Below, one piece after another: positions 60,229 through 64,000 of a DNA stretch of 64,000 bases. The stretch spans positions 8,340,741-8,404,740 of the forward strand of contig OZ037768.1 of assembly GCA_964035545.1 (NCBI GenBank), written 5' to 3'. Position numbers and translations under genes: made by a program. Positions within the stretch are counted from its first letter, which is position 1. Every line of letters begins with the position of its first letter. The notes below the pieces were generated by a model. It was not told where the DNA came from and ran no database searches. It saw only the letters and a list, made by a program, of their open reading frames with translations. Origin of the DNA: Bugula neritina (Eukaryota; Animalia; Bryozoa).

Positions 60229-61536
60229 CATTAACTGTTTAGTTGTTTTCAGATGGGAGTGAAAGTTGTATAAAAAGCAGCTGCATGCACTATATGTATG
60301 TTTTATATGCAAATAAACAATCATTTTGCTGAAAATATGCATTCATGTTTAGCTAGCACCAGATCAAGTCAATTTTATAATTTGTCAGTTATCAATGTTT
60401 TATAAGCGTTTGAGTAATAAATAAAATATTGAACACACAATTTTTGCTGGTTCATGAAGACTATATACACAAAATATTATAAGCTTAATACCTACAATCA
60501 AATATAATTTAGATGACACTAAATACATTAGCAGACAGTTGGTGCTGAAAATGAACATGAATATAAATGCATTGCCAGCAGTCAATGTATTGGGAAAAGA
60601 GTAGAGGTAATGCCTATAACTTTTACCACTGATAAAATGGGTAGCTATCAAAATAGATCTAATAAACCTTTAGAATAGCCAAATAAACTTTTGATTCTTC
60701 TTGGGTCGTTTCATGGAAGTTAAGCTGCTGAATTTCTGGTTATAAATAAGTGTTGTCCAATGCTATAAAATAGTCACAAATAAGTCATGGTGCATCACTT
60801 TTAAAATTTCAATTGCATTTGTTACAATAAGTTTCAAAGTTAAAAGCCTGCTTTAATAGTTAGCAATGATGTTTACGTATTGTACTCTTTTATGTCTCCA
60901 TTTTTAAAGCTCATTCAATTCAAGAAAAGACGCTTGAGTAGCGTCCAGTTTACACAATGATCAATAGTTTCACTGACCTAGTGCCATGATTATTGAATTA
61001 CAATTGTTTAACTTTTTAATTACAAGCACATGTGTTACTGCAGGTTGCCAGGTTCACACTTGTACTGGTGCCTGTGTTTTAGACAATTCGAATGCATTTT
61101 TGAGTGAATCCAAAAGGTGAGATTTTACTTAGTTTAAGCAGTCATTTTGGTTTTTTATTGTCATGCTGTTTATGGAGGTTTTTTAATTTAAGATTTTTTT
61201 AAATCTAGTGTTTTGTCCATTATTAATGAAAAATTGCAAACATTGCATCAGATTTGCTGAATGTATAATCTATGTAGTAATTTATATAACTAGCTTAACA
61301 TCTATAGTAAACAAATCCCTTAATGCGCTAATGGTCAAGGGCTATAGCAGCGTGAATAAGGCTGCACAAAATCAATAAACTGCTGAAAGATTTTTTCATT
61401 CAGCAGTAACTGCATGCTCATAGGTGTTCGAACATAAACCAGTAAAGAACGTGCAATCATTTAGAATAAAAGTGTTCCTAAAACTTTTTGCTAGCAGCTC
61501 AAGTTAATTGGCAGCATTGGCTATTAGAGTGCTGCC

Positions 61537-63419
61537 ATGGCGGAAGAAGCAGAATTAAAGACTAAAGAAGAGCAGGCATCAAGCCTATTGTCAGCGGAGA
61601 AAGGAGCAGAAAAAGGAATCAAACTAGAGAAGTCAATCAACCTGTTCAGCGGCATCACTATTATAGTCGGCAGCATTATTGGTTCGGGCATCTTTGTCAG
61701 CCCGACTGGTGTACTCAAGGGTACTGGAAGTGTGGGACTTTCTCTACTAGTATGGGTTAGTATGTGACATAAAACTCTTTTTATGCTAGTTCTGCATGAG
61801 TCTTTCAATAAAAAAAACTATTTTTACAATATATAATTATAACAGTTTACTTGACCCTTGGACTCTTTGTTATGCAAGGCTTTGCATTACAAAAATCATT
61901 AGTCATAAACTCTAATTAATTTTTATTGCATATATCTACATACATTTTATACTAAGCTTTGTTACACACACACCATACAGCGCACACAACAACACACCAC
62001 ACAACACACAACACACACACACACAACACACACAAAACACACCACACACCACCTTAAAGATAGTTATAGTGCCCTGCTAGAAAAATGCACTATTAAAATG
62101 CAGCTCCACAAAGTCAAGTAAATATATTTAGAGTTTAAAAGAAAATATCAGTAATTATATAAACAGTTTTAAAGTGTACTTCTCTCTGCAGTAAATTGTC
62201 ATCAGCATTTCCCACTTGTGTGCTCGAAAGAAATGCTGTATCACATGTAATAAAACCACATATATATGCTTTACTAAACAGCAGCCATGAATTCATATCT
62301 GCAAGCAGGCATGCAGGGAAGTTTTTTATAAGTATCTCATAAACTATGTCTATAATAACACAATATTTTTTATACAAATGTGTATGTGTATAATATGCTA
62401 CATGCATTCTACTTGGTTATTTTATATAGTAATATTTACTGCTGTTTGTTTATAATTATTGTTTTCAAAAACCTGACATGGGAAGTCAAGGTTTTGCTAA
62501 ACATGTAAAAATTATTAGTCAAGAAACTGTTAGTTCTAAGTTGCTAGTGGTTATAGCACAAATCACTGCCCTATATTAATCAGTACATTACTCTCCTGTG
62601 GCAACTTTAGCTAGTTTCATTTCATTCAAATGGCTGTTTCAATCAACTCTTTGAATTTTGTGTACAAGCGGAATTAGGTTGAATCAATAAATGATTTCAA
62701 TAAAAAACTAAAGAATTTTCAGGTACGAGTTGTTTACTTTGAGCAATATAATGCCATCATAGCAATAAGTGCAGAGTCATGCAGTTTTTTCTAATAGCAA
62801 ATCAAACTAGCTCTAAAGAAAGTTTGTAGCATGAGAAGTTGCTTGCTTTCGGAATAAAGCGATAACACTCACAACCCAAATTATAAACTAAAATGATACA
62901 ACCAATCAATCATAGCATGATACAATTAAGTAGAATTAAAAACCCACTTAATTGTGTAAAAACTTGTACAACTCTAATCCCAAGTCACAATTTTTTTATC
63001 AATCTATGCAGGTTCTGTGTGGAGTTTTCTCCCTCTTTGGCGCGTACTGCTATGCAGAACTTGGTACTATGATAACCAGGTCAGGCAGTGACTACGCTTA
63101 TGTCTTTGAAGCCTTTGGCCCATTCTATGCTTTTCTTAGAATGTGGGTGGAATGCACAGTGATCAAGCCTACTCTCACTGCAATACAGGTTAGTTATAAG
63201 CATAGATATCCATTCCAGTAATTATGTTATATTACTTTGTACCAAAATTCAATATGTGACTTGAAGTTTAATTATCTAGTTGTGTGAACCTTGCTTTATA
63301 CATTACTGCATTAAATTATTTTTAGGGTCTAACATTTGCACAGTACATCGTGGAGCCAATCTTTTCTGGTTGTGATAAGCCAGATACAGCTGTTAAACTG
63401 CTAGCCATCTCCTGCATTG
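61537..63419 (+). CDS. SLC7A: SLC7 L-type / y+L amino acid transporter light chain, 5' partial (continues beyond the window)
   Basis: Exons 61537-61755, 63012-63188, 63326-63419. Motifs [55 protein letters not shown]. Confidence 0.95.
61963..62052. repeat. Degenerate (CA)n-rich tract
   Basis: Directly visible in SLC7 intron 1. Confidence 0.85.
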
Positions 63420-64000
63420 GTAAGCTAGAGCCGTGCATCTCTGTAACTATCCTATAAGTTGACAGTTGTTGGTTATGATTATAGCATTGCATATTCTATC
63501 TAATGTTCATATAGTTTACTAGGTGAAAGCTGGGCTTATTAGTTATCTTGTCTACTTGTAAGCTTAATAATATTATTAGATTAACTCTAAAATGTGTTAA
63601 TGTACCTATATGTTAATTGGAAATTGTTGATATTATGACTTGTATTATTGTGTAATTTACTATTTTTAAACAATAATTTATAAATTAGGGCATATTCTAT
63701 GGGATCGAATTTTAAAACTCGTCTCAAAATTGCTCACTATAAACGTCTGAGTTAGCCGGGTCTTACTGATTTATATAACATAGCAATTGTAATGCAGTGC
63801 AGTTGCAAATCATTCACGTGAACAAAGTTTCAAAAACCATTATGTTTAGCTTCGACTAGCAAAGAATGTCTTTGCATTCCTTCAAACAGCATTCAGATTG
63901 TGTTATTAATTTGTTGAATTACATGCATGCGCAATCTATTATAGCACTGGTCTATGTTGTAGTGTAGATTGCAGCCTATACTATTATAACATTAAGGCCT

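Overview
AT-rich, intron-rich animal genomic DNA, apparently an invertebrate (the species cannot be determined from the sequence). I assembled spliced gene models by hand from GT-AG sites and reading-frame continuity. In order: (1) a plexin-domain-containing (PLXDC-like) type I membrane protein with two mucin regions (+, 92-11822); (2) an unrecognised multi-pass membrane protein with a long disordered N-terminus carrying KEN/D-box-like motifs (+, 13434-17240); (3) a small unrecognised Cys-rich single-pass protein (+, 18612-21604); (4) a C11orf54/DUF1907 homolog (-, 22259-28048); (5-7) three tandem paralogous receptor-like genes (-, 28831-45539), each encoding signal peptide, NHL beta-propeller, S/T/P stalk, TM helix and a long tyrosine-motif tail; (8-9) two tandem class I fructose-bisphosphate aldolases (+) that share near-identical catalytic exons while the other exons have diverged; (10) the 5' part of an SLC7 LAT-type amino acid transporter (+, from 61537). 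Repeats include a tRNA-derived SINE family with target-site duplications, MITE/foldback elements, a probable decayed non-LTR retroelement, and mini/microsatellites. The best candidate for an undescribed system is the NHL-propeller receptor cluster, which has the architecture of a diversifying immune or allorecognition receptor family. That function is inferred, not shown.
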